DNA from: an uncultured Chloroflexia bacterium | Lineage (GTDB): Bacteria > Chloroflexota > Chloroflexia > Thermomicrobiales > UBA6265 | Direction of reading: 5' to 3' | DNA: 64,000 bases | Assembly: GCA_963724295.1 (NCBI GenBank) | Contig: CAVRUC010000001.1 | Location: forward strand, 32,001 to 96,000 | Part shown: piece by piece, positions 11,432 through 21,418 of the stretch | How positions within the stretch are numbered: position 1 is the first letter of the stretch | Layout: each line of letters starts with the position of its first letter | The notes under the pieces: generated by a model | Told to the model about the DNA's origin: nothing | Seen by the model: the letters and a program-made list of their open reading frames with translations, nothing else | Database searches by the model: none | Translations under genes and position numbers: made by a program

Positions 11432-11510
11432 TGCCTTCTCCCTCTACGACGACATACACGAGATTTTTCGCCTTCGCGCTCAGAATGAACACTTACAGGC
11501 GTGGCTGCAC

Positions 11511-12464
11511 TCACGCGGGCGGCAACACGTGAACCGACACCTTGCGCACTTCCAGCTCCACGCCCTGCGCCCAGAGCCCGGCTTGCGTGTCTGGTGCATT
11601 GGGGTCGATTGGCGCCTCCAGCGTTCCGGTAACGACGTCGGCGCCGTCGACGAGGAGCCGCAGCTCGTCGCCGCGCAGTTCGAACCGATACGTATGCCAA
11701 TCATCTCCCGGGTCGAACGTCTCCTCCGCCAGCACGGGATCGGCGTTGTACCCGTCTTCCCAGACGGAGACGTCGGTCAAGCGGGCTCGCGCCGTATCCG
11801 AGGCGCACGGAAAGATCAGCCCACCCCCGAATACCTGATTGACGCCCGGAGATCCGGCGGTGAGACCAAACGATTGATCGCAGACGGCGTCGAGGACCCC
11901 GTTGACCCGAATCTCGGCCTCCACCGCGAAGGCGGTACTCGGCACCGCCGAGATCACGAGCCACGGTTCCGCGACGGCACTGCTGCCCGGATTCACGAGG
12001 GCGTCGGCGGAGGCAGTCCACGAACCGGAGGCGAGGGGCTCGAGATCGTTCAGGCCGGGAGCTTCGAAGACGAAACCGTCACCAGCGTCACCGGCGTCAC
12101 TGGCGTCACCGGCGGGCGTCGTTTCCGACTCGATGGTTATCGCCGGCGGCTCCGGTGTGGCGGCGACCGTAGGAGCGGGTTCGGCGGCCTCCTCGGCGGG
12201 GGCTACCGTCGTCGCGGTCGGCGCTTCGGCGGGAGCTGCCGCGGCGGGCGTCGGCGTATTTTGAATGAAGGTGAGCGCGCGCGGGGTCGGCGTCGACTGG
12301 CTCTGAACCGCCAACACCGGCGCCTGCGATGGGGACCGCCCAAAGAGCCAGACGAGACCGACGGCGGCGATGAGCAGCAGCGTTACTCCGGCGGCGGCGG
12401 CGCCTGCCAGGGCAAGGTCGCGCCACCCCCGGTGTCGCCGGTCGAACTCATATTGGCGTGACAT
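11511..12464 (-). CDS. Membrane-anchored protein with a Pro/Ala/Thr linker and a concanavalin-like beta-sandwich domain
   Basis: Single TM, low-complexity linker, DWHTYRFELRGDELRLLVDG motif. Confidence 0.65.
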   Translation of the reverse strand: MSRQYEFDRRHRGWRDLALAGAAAAGVTLLLIAAVGLVWLFGRSPSQAPVLAVQSQSTPTPRALTFIQNTPTPAAAAPAEAPTATTVAPAEEAAEPAPTVAATPEPPAITIESETTPAGDASDAGDAGDGFVFEAPGLNDLEPLASGSWTASADALVNPGSSAVAEPWLVISAVPSTAFAVEAEIRVNGVLDAVCDQSFGLTAGSPGVNQVFGGGLIFPCASDTARARLTDVSVWEDGYNADPVLAEETFDPGDDWHTYRFELRGDELRLLVDGADVVTGTLEAPIDPNAPDTQAGLWAQGVELEVRKVSVHVLPPA

Positions 12465-12633
12465 GATAACCCGCCGATCGACTTCCCGTTCAACCGAAGG
12501 TGTGACGGAGCGTACCCCTTGCCGGCGGCGATGACAATGACCGCGGAGTCCGGTGGGAATGACCCTGTGCTAGGCTAGGATTTCGCGTGAATCGAGTAAG
12601 TTGAACGTGCATGTGCACTTGTAGGGCAACTGG

Positions 12634-13473
12634 TTGATGATCCCCAGCGAAGACATTCCGGCCCCCCCCAAAGCACTGACCATCGCGGGCTCCGATTCAG
12701 GAGGCGGCGCCGGTATCCAGGCCGACCTCAAGACCTTTGCCGCGTTCGGAGTCTATGGCTCGTCGGCGGTGACGGCCGTGACCGCTCAGAACACGCGTGG
12801 GGTCTTCGCCGTGGCCGAAGTCCCGGAAGAGGTCATCGCCCTTCAGATCGACGTCGTGCTCGAGGACATCGGCGCCGCCGCGGCCAAGACCGGGATGCTC
12901 TCCAGCGCGTCGATCGTGGAAACGGTCGCCAGTCGCCTCGAAGCCTGGGGCGTCGAGATGCTGGTAGTCGATCCGGTGATGGTCGCCAAAGGCGGACACC
13001 CCCTATTGCAGCAGAGCGCCGTCACCGCCGTGAAACAGCATCTGCTGCCGCTGGCGCTGGTCGTAACACCGAATATTCCGGAAGCCGAGGTGCTGTCAGG
13101 CATCACGGTCGACTCACCCGATACTGCCAAAGAGGCTGCGCGGGCGATAGCCGCGCTCGGCCCGCGCTGGGTGGTGATCAAGGGCGGTCACCTGGCCGGC
13201 GACGCGACCGACCTGGTCTACGACGGCGAGAACTTTGCCGAGTTCCGGGCCGAGCGGATCGACACTCCGAACACCCACGGCACCGGCTGCTCGTTCTCAG
13301 CCGCCATCGCGGCCTTGCTCGCTCGCGGGCTGCCGCCTCTGGAGGCGATCGAGGCGGCCAAGATCTGGTTGACCGCGGCGATTCGGGAGAGCTACGCCAT
13401 CGGCGACGGACATTCGCCGGTCAACCATTTCCACGCGGTCGACCTGGCTCCGCTCACCAGCCGGCGCGCCTGA
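12634..13473 (+). CDS. thiD: Hydroxymethylpyrimidine/phosphomethylpyrimidine kinase
   Basis: [45 protein letters not shown]. Confidence 0.97.
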   Translation: MMIPSEDIPAPPKALTIAGSDSGGGAGIQADLKTFAAFGVYGSSAVTAVTAQNTRGVFAVAEVPEEVIALQIDVVLEDIGAAAAKTGMLSSASIVETVASRLEAWGVEMLVVDPVMVAKGGHPLLQQSAVTAVKQHLLPLALVVTPNIPEAEVLSGITVDSPDTAKEAARAIAALGPRWVVIKGGHLAGDATDLVYDGENFAEFRAERIDTPNTHGTGCSFSAAIAALLARGLPPLEAIEAAKIWLTAAIRESYAIGDGHSPVNHFHAVDLAPLTSRRA

Positions 13474-13482
13474 GGGGCGCCG

Positions 13483-14148
13483 GTGCCGAGGGAAAGGATC
13501 GAGCGTACGGAGCTACGCGACCGGCTCGCGGTCTACTTCGTCGCCGATCCCGAGCAAACCGATCGCGACTTCCTGGCGATGGTCGACGACGCCTTGGCCG
13601 GGGGGGTCACCTCTCTGCAGCTCCGTGCCAAGCGCATGTCGGGCCGGGAGATGTACGAGCTGGCTGTCATCCTTCGCGAGCGCTGCCGCTCCGTGGGGAC
13701 GCTGTTCTTCGTCAATGACCGTGTCGACATCGCGGTCGCGGCGGACGCGGACGGCGTTCACGTCGGGATGCATGACCTGCCCTTGGACGCCACCCGGCGT
13801 CTGGTTGGCCGCACCATGATCGTCGGCTTCTCACCGCTGGCGATGGCGGATGTCGTCACCGCCAGGAGTGGCGGCGCCGACTATGTCGGACTTGGCCCGG
13901 TGTTCGGGACGGCCTCGAAAGCCGATGCCCAACCGGAGCTAGGCCTCGTCGCGCTGGCGGAGCAGGCGGCGGCCGCGGGTTTGCCGTCGGTAGGCATCGG
14001 CGGCATTGGCGTCGCGAATGCCGGTGCGGTGATTCGTGCCGGGGTGGACGGCGTCGCGGTGATCAGTGCGATCCAGGGCGCGCCGGATGTAAAACAGGCC
14101 GCCGAGTCGCTTGCGCTCGCCGTCAACCTGGCCAGGATCGAGCGGTGA
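13483..14148 (+). CDS. thiE: Thiamine-phosphate synthase
   Basis: QLRAK, VNDRVDIA, DGVHVG, DYVGLGPVFGTASK, GIGGI, GVAVISAI. Confidence 0.95.
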   Translation: MPRERIERTELRDRLAVYFVADPEQTDRDFLAMVDDALAGGVTSLQLRAKRMSGREMYELAVILRERCRSVGTLFFVNDRVDIAVAADADGVHVGMHDLPLDATRRLVGRTMIVGFSPLAMADVVTARSGGADYVGLGPVFGTASKADAQPELGLVALAEQAAAAGLPSVGIGGIGVANAGAVIRAGVDGVAVISAIQGAPDVKQAAESLALAVNLARIER

Positions 14149-14150
14149 GC

Positions 14151-14264
14151 GTGTCATTCCGAGTCCGGCGGCAATGTGTCATTCCGAGCCCGCAGGCGAG
14201 GAACCTCGGTACGCACAAGCCACCGTGCCATGGGGCCGAGATGCTTCATTCCTAAGCATGACAC
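14151..14264. repeat. REP-like palindromic element between convergent genes
   Basis: GTGTCATTCCGAG occurs twice (14151, 14176), then GCGAGGAACCTCGG ... CCGAGATGCTTC...AGCATGACAC, closing an imperfect inverted repeat. Confidence 0.7.
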
Positions 14265-14266
14265 GC

Positions 14267-14674
14267 CTACGGCGACCTTGGGTCGAAGTCCTCTTCATCG
14301 GGCAACCAGAGGCAGGCGGCAAGATCGACCCGGTGCATGTCAAGAAACGGCACGCCTTCATCGCGCAGCAGTGCGGCCATGACGTCGGGGTGACCCCAGT
14401 GCCAGCCGCCACTCAAGAACCCGTTGCGATCGACGACCCGGTGACAGGGCAGCGCATCCTCATCAAGGGCGAGGCTCAGCGCCCAGCCAACTGAGCGCGC
14501 CGCGCGGGGCGTGCCAAGGGCGCGCGCGATCGATCCGTAGGTGGTGACGCGTCCGCGCGGAATGCGGGACACCATGAGGAAGACACGGTCGAAGAACGTC
14601 GGCCCGCCGGACCCAGGCTCCTGGCCGTCTCCGCCTTGTCCGGTGGCATGAAACGCGCTTTGGGTCTCCGGCAT
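14267..14674 (-). CDS. MGMT/Ogt-family DNA alkylation repair protein (single domain)
   Basis: IPRGRVTTYGSIA, PRAARSVG, LPCHRVV. Confidence 0.9.
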   Translation of the reverse strand: MPETQSAFHATGQGGDGQEPGSGGPTFFDRVFLMVSRIPRGRVTTYGSIARALGTPRAARSVGWALSLALDEDALPCHRVVDRNGFLSGGWHWGHPDVMAALLRDEGVPFLDMHRVDLAACLWLPDEEDFDPRSP

Positions 14675-14721
14675 GACCCGATGGTAGCATCGACCCTGGT
14701 AGGACTTGGAGACGATACTCG

Positions 14722-15381
14722 ATGGATTCAGTATGTGTTTTTTGTGGCTCTCGCGATGGGAACGACCCGGCGTACGTCGCGGCCGCGCAGGCGACGGGTC
14801 GGGCTATTGCGCGGCGCGGGTGGAAGCTCGTCTACGGTGGAGGTCACGTTGGACTGATGGGGGCTCTGGCTGACGCCGCGCTCGCCGAAGATGGAGAAGT
14901 CATCGGGGTGATGCCGCGTGCGCTGTTGACCCGCGAGATCGCCCACCCGGAGATCACCAGGATCCATCTCGTCACGAGCATGCACCGTCGCAAGGCATTG
15001 ATGTCGAGTCTCGCGGATGGATTTCTCACGCTCCCGGGAGGCTACGGCACGCTGGAGGAGTTCTTCGAGACGCTGACCTGGGCGCAGCTCGGCCTCCATA
15101 CCAAGCCGTGCGCCGTGCTCGACGTCGACGGTTTCTGGGACGGTCTGCTAGCCCTGGTCGATACTCAGATCCGTGAAGGATTCGCGCGGGACGAGCACCG
15201 TCAGCTCATCCTGAATGGCGAAGACCCGGACGAGCTTCTCGATCGCATGGCGGCGTACATCCCGCCGGGGTCGATCGATCCCGTGCCTGACCTCCCGTTT
15301 GACGGACCGCCAGTCCATCGCGATCTCGAGCCCGCGGCGACGCTTGATGGAAACCACTCCGTGAAGCGAGCACGCAGCTGA
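14722..15381 (+). CDS. LOG-family (TIGR00730-type) nucleotide phosphoribohydrolase
   Basis: VCVFCGS, LVYGGGHVGLMG, MHRRK, PGGYGTLEE. Confidence 0.93.
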   Translation: MDSVCVFCGSRDGNDPAYVAAAQATGRAIARRGWKLVYGGGHVGLMGALADAALAEDGEVIGVMPRALLTREIAHPEITRIHLVTSMHRRKALMSSLADGFLTLPGGYGTLEEFFETLTWAQLGLHTKPCAVLDVDGFWDGLLALVDTQIREGFARDEHRQLILNGEDPDELLDRMAAYIPPGSIDPVPDLPFDGPPVHRDLEPAATLDGNHSVKRARS

Positions 15382-15384
15382 CGA

Positions 15385-15490
15385 GAGTCGGAGTCGGCAA
15401 GACGGTAAGAACGAGCATCGACGGCGACAGTCGGCAAGTCGAACCGATCGCCGACAGCCGGCCGACGATCCGACGTCCGACCTCCGACTC
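15385..15490. repeat. GTCGG/CCGAC short tandem inverted repeat
   Basis: GAGTCGGAGTCGGCAAGACGG ... CCGACGATCCGACGTCCGACCTCCGACTC. Confidence 0.6.
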
Positions 15491-15582
15491 GTCCCCGGAA
15501 CCTCAATAGGCGACCACTCGTATACTCTGCGGAGTATTCGGAATCTGCCCTCAGACAATCGGGCGACCATCGAGGCCAACCC

Positions 15583-18174
15583 ATGCGGAAAATACTGACC
15601 AAACTCTTCGGTGACCCGAATGAGGCGCCGCTCAAGCCGTATCAGAAAGTCGTCGCGCAGGTCAACGCGCTCGAGCCCCAGATGGAAGCGCTTTCCGACC
15701 TGGAGCTGCGCGAGCTGACGAACGGGCTGCGCGATCGCCTGGAAGAGGGCGAGACCCTGGAGGATCTGCTGCCGGAGTCGTTCGCGGCGACCCGGGAGGC
15801 GGGTCGCCGCACCCTGGGTCAGCGACATTTCGACGTCCAGCTACTCGGCGGCGCGGTCCTCCACTCCGGCAAGATCGCGGAGATGCGCACCGGCGAGGGC
15901 AAAACGCTGACCGCCACTCTCGCCGTAGCGCTGAACGCCTTGAACGGTCGCGGCGTTCACGTCGTGACCGTCAATGACTACCTCGCCAAACGCGATACCC
16001 AGTGGATGGGTCAGGTCTATGACGCGCTCGGTCTGTCGGTCGCCTGTATCCAGCATGAGTCGGCGTTCATCTACGACGCCGACTGGGTCTCCGAGGACGA
16101 GCGTCTTGCGCGCCTGCGCCCGATTTCGCGGCGAGAAGCGTACGAGGCCGATATCACCTACGGCACGAACAACGAGTTTGGCTTCGACTACCTGCGTGAC
16201 AACATGGTGCCGACGCTCGACCGCATGGTGCAGCGCGACCTGGCGTACGCTATCGTCGACGAGGTCGACAACATCCTGATCGACGAGGCGCGTACCCCGC
16301 TCATCATCTCCGGTCAGGCCGAGCAGGCGACCGACCGCTACTACCAATTCGCCCAGATCGTGAAGCAGCTGCGTGAGGGACGGGACTACGAGGTCGACCA
16401 CAAGCACAAGTCGGTGGCCCTGAGTGAGCCCGGCATCGACCGCGTCGAGGAGCTGCTCGAGCTTCAGCCTGGCGAAAGCATCTATGACGAGCGGTACATC
16501 GAGCTGACCCACTACCTCGAACAAGCGCTCAAGGCGCACGCTACGTTCCAGCGCGACAAGGATTACATCGTCCGCGACGGCGAGGTGATCATCGTCGACG
16601 AGTTCACCGGGCGCATGATGATGGGTCGCCGCTATTCCGAGGGGCTCCACCAGGCCATCGAAGCGAAAGAAGGGGTCCGCGTCCGGCGTCAGAACGTCAC
16701 CCTGGCGACGATCACCTTCCAGAACTACTTCCGAATGTACGACAAGCTCGCCGGTATGACCGGCACCGCCAAGACCGAGGCGGAGGAGTTCCGGCGCATC
16801 TACTTCCTCGACGTCGTCGTCATTCCGACGAATCAGCCGATGGTTCGCGAAGATCTCGGCGACCTGGTCTTCAAGAACGAGCGTGGCAAGTTCCGCGCGG
16901 CTATCGACGACATCAAGGAGAAGCGAGCGGCCGGACGCCCGGTGCTGGTCGGTACGGCTTCGATCGAAGCCTCCGAGCGATTGTCCGAGCAGCTCATGCG
17001 CGAGGGCGTACCGCACCAGGTACTGAACGCGAAGCAACATGAGCGGGAGGCGGCGATCATCGCCCAGGCCGGTCAGCCACAGGCGGTAACCATTGCCACC
17101 AACATGGCGGGTCGCGGCACCGACATCGTGCTCGGCCCGGGTGTACGCGAGGCGGGCGGACTCCACATCCTTGGCACCGAGCGTCACGAGGCACGCCGTA
17201 TTGACAATCAGCTCCGCGGTCGCGCCGGCCGCCAGGGAGATCCGGGGTCGTCGCAGTTCTACGTCTCGCTCGAGGATGAGCTGATGCGCCGCTTCGGATC
17301 CGAGCGGATATCCGGGCTCATGGACCGGCTCGGCATGGAAGAGGACGTGCCGATCGAGCACGGCGTGATCTCCAAGTCGATCGAGAATGCCCAGATCAAG
17401 GTCGAAGGTCACAACTTCGATCTGCGCAAGCACGTCGTCCAGTACGACGACATCATGAACAAGCATCGCGAGGTGATCTACGCCGACCGTCATCAGCTGG
17501 TGATGGGTGAGGACATCCAGGACCGGGTCTGGGAGATGGTCGAGCGTGAGATCGAGAAGATCGTCGACGCCAACATCGGCGATGGCCGCGATCTGGAGCG
17601 CTTCGACGAACAGATTCTCGAGGCGTACAGCGGACTCGTGCCGATGACGACGGTCACGCTGGAGGAGATCGCGGGCCTCGACAAAGACGATCTGGTCGAC
17701 ATGCTGATCGCGGACGCCGAAAAGGGCTACGACGAAGTCGAAACGCGGTTCACCCCGGAAGTGATGCGCAAGGTCGAGCGGCACGTGATGCTGACGATCA
17801 TCGACAAGCTGTGGGTCGAGCATCTCACGGCGATGGATGAGCTGCGCGAGGGTGTCGGTCTCCAAGCCTACGCCCAGAAGGATCCCCTGGTCGTCTACAA
17901 GACGCAGGGGTACGAGTACTTCCAGCAGCTCCTGGCCAATATCCAGCACGACGTGGTGCACACGATCTTCCGGGTGCAGCCGGTCATCGCCCAGCAACCG
18001 GTGCGAACCCGGGTCACCGATGAATCAGACAAGAGTCACGGCGCTGGAGACGGCGACGGAAATGGCGCTGTGCCGCGCAAGTCGCGCAAGGTCGGCGTCA
18101 ACGACCCCTGCCCGTGCGGTAGCGGCAAGAAATACAAGCACTGCCACGGCGCAAAGACGAAGGTGTTGGGGTAA
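15583..18174 (+). CDS. secA: Preprotein translocase ATPase SecA
   Basis: AEMRTGEGKT, IVDEVDNILIDEARTPLIISG, TNMAGRGTDI, QLRGRAGRQGD, C-terminal CPCGSGKKYKHCHG. Confidence 0.99.
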   Translation: MRKILTKLFGDPNEAPLKPYQKVVAQVNALEPQMEALSDLELRELTNGLRDRLEEGETLEDLLPESFAATREAGRRTLGQRHFDVQLLGGAVLHSGKIAEMRTGEGKTLTATLAVALNALNGRGVHVVTVNDYLAKRDTQWMGQVYDALGLSVACIQHESAFIYDADWVSEDERLARLRPISRREAYEADITYGTNNEFGFDYLRDNMVPTLDRMVQRDLAYAIVDEVDNILIDEARTPLIISGQAEQATDRYYQFAQIVKQLREGRDYEVDHKHKSVALSEPGIDRVEELLELQPGESIYDERYIELTHYLEQALKAHATFQRDKDYIVRDGEVIIVDEFTGRMMMGRRYSEGLHQAIEAKEGVRVRRQNVTLATITFQNYFRMYDKLAGMTGTAKTEAEEFRRIYFLDVVVIPTNQPMVREDLGDLVFKNERGKFRAAIDDIKEKRAAGRPVLVGTASIEASERLSEQLMREGVPHQVLNAKQHEREAAIIAQAGQPQAVTIATNMAGRGTDIVLGPGVREAGGLHILGTERHEARRIDNQLRGRAGRQGDPGSSQFYVSLEDELMRRFGSERISGLMDRLGMEEDVPIEHGVISKSIENAQIKVEGHNFDLRKHVVQYDDIMNKHREVIYADRHQLVMGEDIQDRVWEMVEREIEKIVDANIGDGRDLERFDEQILEAYSGLVPMTTVTLEEIAGLDKDDLVDMLIADAEKGYDEVETRFTPEVMRKVERHVMLTIIDKLWVEHLTAMDELREGVGLQAYAQKDPLVVYKTQGYEYFQQLLANIQHDVVHTIFRVQPVIAQQPVRTRVTDESDKSHGAGDGDGNGAVPRKSRKVGVNDPCPCGSGKKYKHCHGAKTKVLG

Positions 18175-18175
18175 A

Positions 18176-18311
18176 TGCTCCCTGCGGTCGCGGTGATAGG
18201 GTGATTACTCGCCGCGCTCGTGGTGATAGGGTGATCGGAAACGAAAGTTCGTTCTCCCTATCACCCTATGACCCCATCACCCCATCACCCGACACCCATC
18301 ACCCATCACCC
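18176..18311. repeat. GGGTGAT(A)-family intergenic repeat, copy C
   Basis: Core GGGTGATTACTCGCCGCGCTCGTGGTG at 18199-18225, then tandem ATCACCC units. Confidence 0.85.
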
Positions 18312-19078
18312 CTCAGCACTTCCAGCGACCGTTCGATCGCGGCAATCGTACGGTCGTAGGCAATCACCAGGGCGAGCATCGCATCGATTCGGGTGGTGAG
18401 GTCGAGGATCGTGTCGACGTCGCGGGGTCGCTCACGGGCGGCGACTAGCGCGTCCCGCAGCTCGGCCACGTCGTCGGCCGCCATTGCACCCGGCGGATTC
18501 ACCGCGACTTCGAGGTCGGAGATGACCCCGCTGAGATCGACGGCGCTGGACGGCCCAATCTCCGAGATGGTTTGCCGCAACTCGTCGAGCAGGCGCATGG
18601 CCCGAGCCACCGCGTCCGCGGTGTCAGCCTGCTCATCGGTGACAGCGTCGGCGGAGTCGACGGACAGAGTTACGGTCTCCTCATTGACCAGAGGCTCAGA
18701 TTCGCCGGGTGGTTCATCCGCGACCGCAACCGGTGGCCGCCCGGGCCAGGAGTCAGCCGCGCCGGCTGTCCAGGATTCCGATGCGGAATCGACCTCGATC
18801 GTTTCATCGGGTTCAGCGGATGCGGCCGCCGGCCCATGCGACGGCTCTTCCCAACCGCTGTGGACCGTCTCTGCCGGCGGGGGAGGCGTGGGCCAGCCGT
18901 CAGTCATGGCGCCGGGGAAAAGTCCTGGCTCCTCATCGGTAGTGGAGCCGGTCGTGTCGGTGTGTTCGTGGACTGGCTCACCGTCGCTCGCGTCGCCGGG
19001 GAATCGAAAGCCGCACGTCGTGCAGAATTTCGCACCTGGCCTGGCAGGCGTACCGCAATTGGGACAGTGCTCCATCAT
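18299..19078 (-). CDS. Zinc-ribbon-domain protein with an acidic linker and helical C-terminus
   Basis: CPNCGTPARPGAKFCTTCG at the N-terminus. Confidence 0.8.
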   Translation of the reverse strand: MMEHCPNCGTPARPGAKFCTTCGFRFPGDASDGEPVHEHTDTTGSTTDEEPGLFPGAMTDGWPTPPPPAETVHSGWEEPSHGPAAASAEPDETIEVDSASESWTAGAADSWPGRPPVAVADEPPGESEPLVNEETVTLSVDSADAVTDEQADTADAVARAMRLLDELRQTISEIGPSSAVDLSGVISDLEVAVNPPGAMAADDVAELRDALVAARERPRDVDTILDLTTRIDAMLALVIAYDRTIAAIERSLEVLRGDG

Positions 19079-19291
19079 ACCCTTCCATGATCCCGATCAT
19101 GCCCATGCGGCCGCTGGGGGTCGCGCGTTTGCGCCGCATGGTACATCGCGGTCTGCCAACCGAGATCATGCGGATGCCGCGATCAGGCTGGCCGGCACGC
19201 TTCGGCGCTGCGACAATCTCGGTCTGATGGAGCCGAGCCAGAGCGAGTCCGGCGTTGCGATGAGACTGCCGGCGAGAAGGAGCACCCAGGA

Positions 19292-20084
19292 GTGAGCGAC
19301 CTGCTAACAGAGAAAACACCAATCAGGGCGCGTCACATACGCCCTGGGCAGGGGCAGGCGGTCGAGCTGAAGACCGGCCAGCTCCTGCAAATACAGACGC
19401 TGCAGGGAAAGCAGGTTGCCGACTTCGTGGCCTTCACGCAGGGCGACACCGAGGAATTCCTCTCGACCTCCGTGACCCGGGCGAGCAACAGCAATATCAT
19501 CCCGCAGCGCGGCATGACGCTCTTCTCGAACCGCCGCCAACCGATGTTCGAGATCGTCGAAGACACCGTCGGACGTCACGATATGCTCTATGCCTGCTGC
19601 GACCCAATCCGCTATGAGACGCTCGGCGCGCCCGGGCATGCGAACTGTCGCGAGGCGCTAGCCGAGTCCCTGGCAGGGTACGGCATCGAGCTATGACCGC
19701 ATTCCCTCACCGATCAACTGGTTCATGAATGTCGCGATCCTGGCCCGGGGCGAGCTCGAGATTCGGGAGCCTCTGGCGGAGAAAAATGATTACGTCGTCT
19801 TGCGCGCGCTCAAGGATGTCATCGCCGGCGTATCGGCCTGCCCTCAGGATCTCGTTCCGACGAATGGTTCCAATCCGACCGATCTCGCCATCCGCGTCTA
19901 TCGCGATGCGCCACTGCCACCCCCGCCGGTGATGGAACCTGCGCCAGCGCCGGCCGAGGACACGGCAGCGGCAACAGCCCCGATAACGGCGACGAGGCTC
20001 ACTCCACGACCCGCCATCCTGCAAAGCACTGCCGAAGCGACCGTCTCTCGTATCGGTCGTGTGGACTCCGGGGAGCAGAGCTGA
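19292..20084 (+). pseudogene. DUF1989 (urea-carboxylase-associated/YcgI-like) protein; frameshift near 19690, probably a sequencing error
   Basis: GKQVADF, GRHDMLYACC, HANC. Removing one C in GAG-C-TAT gives GIEYDRIPSPINWFMNV...GVSACPQD, the conserved C-terminal motifs. Confidence 0.8.
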
Positions 20085-20099
20085 TCGCGCCATCACACG

Positions 20100-20141
20100 G
20101 CGAAGCGCCGGCAACCGCGGGCGCGGTTAGCGGCGCTTCGC
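20100..20141. terminator. Strong hairpin after the DUF1989 gene
   Basis: GCGAAGCGCCG-GC-AACCGCG-GG-CGCGGTT-AG-CGGCGCTTCGC. Confidence 0.5.
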
Positions 20142-20473
20142 ACTGAGGGCGAGCGGTGTTCGGCAGGCTATCGCGCCCGGCCGTGACCCGGTTCGCGGCG
20201 GTACGCTCGTGCAGCGTGCCGGCACGCGTGAACCTCGGCGGCGTCACGTTGAAGCGTGACTGCCGATCCGCCGCCCGCGACGCGGTTACCGGCGCGAGCC
20301 GACGTTCGCCCGCTGTGCTCAAGAGCCAGCCGGACGAGTTCCCGGGTGAACGTCCCCCACGGGGTCGAGAGGAGAGCCGCAGGCAGGGATGCGAGGCGGA
20401 TTCCGGTCCCTGCCCCCATGGTCTGGGCCGCCACACCTCAGTACGTACACCCTAGCGGACTGGACGGCCGTCG

Positions 20474-21322
20474 TCAACTCCCTCTCGAGGCGGGCGCGTC
20501 CGTCAGCCGCCAGAACCGCTCCACCATGGCGCCGTCACCGACTTGAGCGGCGTAGGCGGAGAGGGCTTCGTCGATCTCTCCCTGCGTCGTGCCGACGCCG
20601 ACGTATTGCAGGAAGACCGTCTCCAGTTGCGAGGGGTAGCGGAGGATCGCGTCGATCTTCTGGGACCAGGTTGATTGCGCCGGGATGCGCGCCACCGGCT
20701 CGAGCCGGGCCGTCGCGCGAACCTCCGCCAGCCGCGCGTCCAGGGCCATTGGTTTCAGCGCGTACGGAATATCTTCGTAGAACCAGACGTCCCATCCTCG
20801 TGCCGCCAGATCGTGCCCCGCCAGGTGGACGATCTGGTGATCGACGTGCTTGCCGACCCCCAACGGCGCATAGATGCGCGTGGACGCGTCAGCAGAGTCC
20901 GCGAGATCGAGCGTTGCGGCGATCGCGGCAGGCAAGGATGCCTCTTCGGCGGCTGGGGTTCCAAAGAGGTCCTCGTCGGAGAGGTAGTAGTCACCGCGAT
21001 AGATCGCATCCCGATACGGCAAGACGCGCGTTCTGGCCCCCAGAACGGCTGCCGCGGCGGCTTCCTCTGCCTGCCGGCTGGCGATCACTTCGTTCGCGGA
21101 CAGACCCCAGCGCTCGTGCATGGCCTGGGCAAATGCCGACAACGGGCGAGCCCGATCCGGCTCGGATCCGAAGACCACCAGCGTCTCTGGCGCCCGGCCG
21201 CCATCAGCGAGGAGGCAGACGGTTGCACCGGCTGATAACGGGATGTCGTCGTAGTGCGGTGACAGAAACAGGTGCCGCGTCGGGCGGGTGAGCTCCGCGG
21301 ATAGATTGTGTGCCGAGGTCAT
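20474..21322 (-). CDS. PIG-L/LmbE-family deacetylase
   Basis: LSPHYDDIPLS, RQAEEAAA, APLGVGKHVDH, YEDIPY, YPSQL. Confidence 0.9.
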   Translation of the reverse strand: MTSAHNLSAELTRPTRHLFLSPHYDDIPLSAGATVCLLADGGRAPETLVVFGSEPDRARPLSAFAQAMHERWGLSANEVIASRQAEEAAAAAVLGARTRVLPYRDAIYRGDYYLSDEDLFGTPAAEEASLPAAIAATLDLADSADASTRIYAPLGVGKHVDHQIVHLAGHDLAARGWDVWFYEDIPYALKPMALDARLAEVRATARLEPVARIPAQSTWSQKIDAILRYPSQLETVFLQYVGVGTTQGEIDEALSAYAAQVGDGAMVERFWRLTDAPASRGS

Positions 21323-21418
21323 CGCTCATGCTCCTCAATGAAAGCGGCGAGGGCGCCGGGTGCTATCCCGAGCCCGCGACGAATGGCCCATGGGCCGCGC
21401 CGCGCGTGGAACCCTGCA

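Noticed and set aside
12465..12633. TPP riboswitch upstream of thiDE
   Set aside because: No GCTGAGA or CCTGA...TAATGC-like TPP core is visible.
15841..17997. Long antisense ORFs (718 aa opposite secA; similar ones opposite pcrA, ftsH, rpoN, selB)
   Set aside because: These are shadow ORFs typical of high-GC coding DNA, with no motifs.
19685..19730. UGA as selenocysteine in the DUF1989 gene
   Set aside because: The conserved continuation is in a different frame, so read-through would not restore it; a 1-base indel does.
20168..20434. Possible small minus-strand ORF after the PIG-L gene
   Set aside because: No clear SD or recognisable motif; cannot be supported.
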